In this document: positions 60,124 through 62,640 of the stretch, in pieces
How positions within the stretch are numbered: the first letter of the stretch is position 1
How the letters are laid out: each line of letters opens with the position of its first letter
Source: Chiloscyllium plagiosum
Lineage: Eukaryota
Length of the DNA: 62,640 nucleotides
Assembly: GCF_004010195.1 (NCBI RefSeq)
Contig: NC_057752.1
Coordinates: 10,010,512-10,073,151 of the forward strand
Reading direction: 5' to 3'
Made by a program: the position numbers and the translations under genes
Notes under the pieces: generated by a model
The model's database searches: none
What the model was told of the DNA's origin: nothing
What the model saw: the letters and a program-made list of their open reading frames with translations, nothing else

Positions 60124-60569
60124 AAAAATCTGATCTAAAAAAGTGACAAAGCTTATTGATGAGGGAAGGGCTGTAGATGTCATATACATGGACTTCAGTA
60201 AGACGTTTGATAAGGCTCCCCATGGTAGGCTGATGGAGAAAGTGAAGTTGCATAGGGTCCAGGGTGTACTACGAGATGGATAGAGAACTGGCTGGGCACC
60301 AGGAGGCAGAGTAATAGTGGAAGGGAGTTTCTCAAAATGGATGCCTGTGACCAGTGGCGTTCCACAGGGATCTGTGCTGGGACCACTGTTGTTTGTGGCA
60401 GACATAAATGCTCTGGAGGAAGGAATAGGTCGAATCTATGAACAAGTTTGTAGATGACACTACGATTAGTGGAGTAGCAAATGGTGAAGGGGACTGTCCG
60501 AGAATGCAGCAGAATATAGATAGATTGGAGAGTTGGGCAGAGAAATGGCAGATGGAGTTCAATATCCCT

Positions 60570-61905
60570 TCATACCTATCCCATCCATGTACCTGTCTTA
60601 ATGTTTCTTAAATGACAAAATTGTACTTGCTTCTACCACTATGTCTGGCATCCATTCCAGGCACTCACCACCCTCTGTTAGAAAACTGGTCACTCTGGAC
60701 CCTTTTGTATCTCTCCCCTTTCTCCTTAAATCTTTGCCCCTTAATTTTAGACTCCCAAATCATGTGGAAAAGCTGTTGACTACCTACCTTATCTATGCCT
60801 CTCATGACTTTATAGACCTCAGTCTCCTGCGCTCCAGGGGAAAAAAGTCTCAGCCTATCCAATCTTTCCTTCTAGCTCCAACCTTGCAGTCCAGGTAGCA
60901 TCCTAGTAAATCTTTCTAGTTTAATAATATTATTTCTTTAGTCGGGCAACCAGAACTGCATAGAGTAGTCCAAATGTGGCTTCACCAATATCTTGTACAG
61001 CTGCAACAAGACATCCCACCTCCTCTTTTCAACGCTCTGACCAATGACAGCAAGCATGCCGAAAGCCTTCTCACCGCCCTGTCTACCTGTGTCTCAATCT
61101 TCAAGGAGCTATGAACCTGTCCCCACAGATCTCTTTGTTCTATAACGCTCTCCAGGGGCCTACCATTGACTGTGTAAGTCCTACCCCGGTTTACTTTACA
61201 AAAATGTAACACCTTTCTAAATTTAACTCCACCTGCCATTCCTCAGCCCAGTGGCCCATTTGATCAAGTTGTCGCTGCTTTCCCAGATAACCACCGCCAC
61301 TGCCCACCAATCTTAGTGTCATCCACAATCTTACTAACCATACCTCCTAAATTCCCATCCAAATCCTTTATATAAATGATGAATAACAGTGGACCCAGTA
61401 TTGATCCCTGTGGCACACTGCTGGTCACAGGCCTCCAGTCTGAAAAACAACCCTCTACCACCACCCACTGTCTTATACCGTCAAGCCAATTTTGTATCCA
61501 GTTGGCTAGCTCTCTTTGGATCCCATGAGATTTAACCTTACTCAACAACCTACCATGCAGAACATTGTCAAAGGCCTTGACAAAGTCCATGCAAATAATG
61601 TCAACCACACTGCCCTCATCTACTTTCTTGGTCACTCCTTCAAAAAACTCAAACAAGTTCGTGAGTCACAATTTTTGACGCACAAAGCCATTGCCAACTT
61701 TCCCAAATGAGTCTTTGTCTCTCCAAATGCCTGTAGATCCTGTCTCTCAGAATCTCCCCGAACAACTTACCCATCATGGAAGTACTGGTCTGCAGTTCCC
61801 AAGCATTTCCCTGCAGCTTTTCTTAAATAATGGCACAACTGTAGCCACTCTCCAATCTTTGGGCACTTCACCCATGGCTGTCGATGATACAAAAATCTCC
61901 ACTAA
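60570..61905 (-). mobile_element. 5'-truncated CR1 (RT + 3' end)
   Basis: ORF 61264-61656 contains [17 protein letters not shown] and VDDTKIGG. Confidence 0.9.
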
Positions 61906-62299
61906 TAATTGATAATTCTGAAGTACAGTAACCTGGTTCATGCTTTCTATCAACATGGGTCTAAAAGACAGGAAAATTGGTGCATTTGCATTCTTTTTAA
62001 AACCTTTAAATTTTGTGATGACTCTGGCAATAGCAGGACTTGATTTTCAGCACATTACCCCAGTGGGGATAACACTGTATATTTTCACATTTCCATTGCA
62101 CTTCTGCTATAATGCGTGTTTCTTCAATGTGAATTAGCTTTAATGCGATTGAAGAATTTAGACCGTTATTTGTAGAATGTGAACTTTCCTTATCTGTATT
62201 GGCTATAATGTGATTTCAGCCCTCATTAGATTAAATGGCGCAGCTATTGTGTGATTTTCTTATAATGTAAGGTCACAGGAGAACAGAACTTTCACGTTA

Positions 62300-62640
62300 T
62301 ATCAGAACCGACTGTATCTGCTAGCGACGTCGAACAATTCTTCCATCGCCTCCGCCTCCGAGCTTACTTTCACAATCAGGATTCCCGCCCACCTTCCGAG
62401 GACCCCTTCACCCACCTCCAACACACTGCATCCACGTGGACTATTTCCTGCCCTCGACCTCTTCATTTCCAACTGCCGCCGGGACATTAACCGCCTCAAC
62501 TTGTCTACCCCCCTCCCCCACTCTAACCTCTCACCCTCACAATGCACAGCCCTCCAATCCCTCTGCTCCAATCCCAACCTCACCATCAAGCCAGCGGATA
62601 AAGGGGGCGCAGTGGTAGTTTGGCGCACTGACCTCTACAC
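62300..62640 (+). mobile_element. Penelope-like element RT fragment running off the window end
   Basis: The plus strand encodes DVEQFFHRLRLRAYF and NLSPSQCTALQSLCSNPNLTIKPADKGGAVVVW, including the Penelope ADKG motif. Confidence 0.88.

Larger units (their letters stand above)
55560..60563 (+). mobile_element. CR1 LINE (ORF1 about 55860-56705; ORF2 about 57270 and 58250-60563), interrupted by Penelope, SINE and CR1 insertions
   Basis: Motifs are VVVHIGTND, MNAWVERWCRREGF, PTREGAILDL, KSPGPDGIYPR, YMDFSKTFDK and [10 protein letters not shown]. Confidence 0.88.

Overview
This is vertebrate genomic DNA, almost certainly from a cartilaginous fish (HE1-type V-SINEs, abundant CR1 LINEs, Deu-type SINEs, shark-type Penelope repeats), with three assembly gaps. 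Most of the window is deeply nested transposable elements: CR1 LINEs, a second APE-RT LINE family, Rex1/Babar, Tx1, Penelope-like fold-backs with minimal hammerhead ribozyme motifs, a decayed Gypsy element, four solo LTRs, SINEs and Tigger-like MITEs. One host gene is supported: a single-coding-exon GPR182 (ACKR5)-like atypical chemokine receptor at 37986-38993 (+), with a 5'UTR intron at 37658-37963. The most striking observation is an apparent target-site-specific Tx1-clade retrotransposon system. Five separate insertions sit at the same ATAAACAGGAG site (TATA-like position) in two copies of one Gypsy LTR family. They include short non-autonomous derivatives whose 5' ends resemble the LTR sequence they displace. 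Family names come from recalled motifs and consensus sequences, not database searches, and boundaries without a TSD are approximate.
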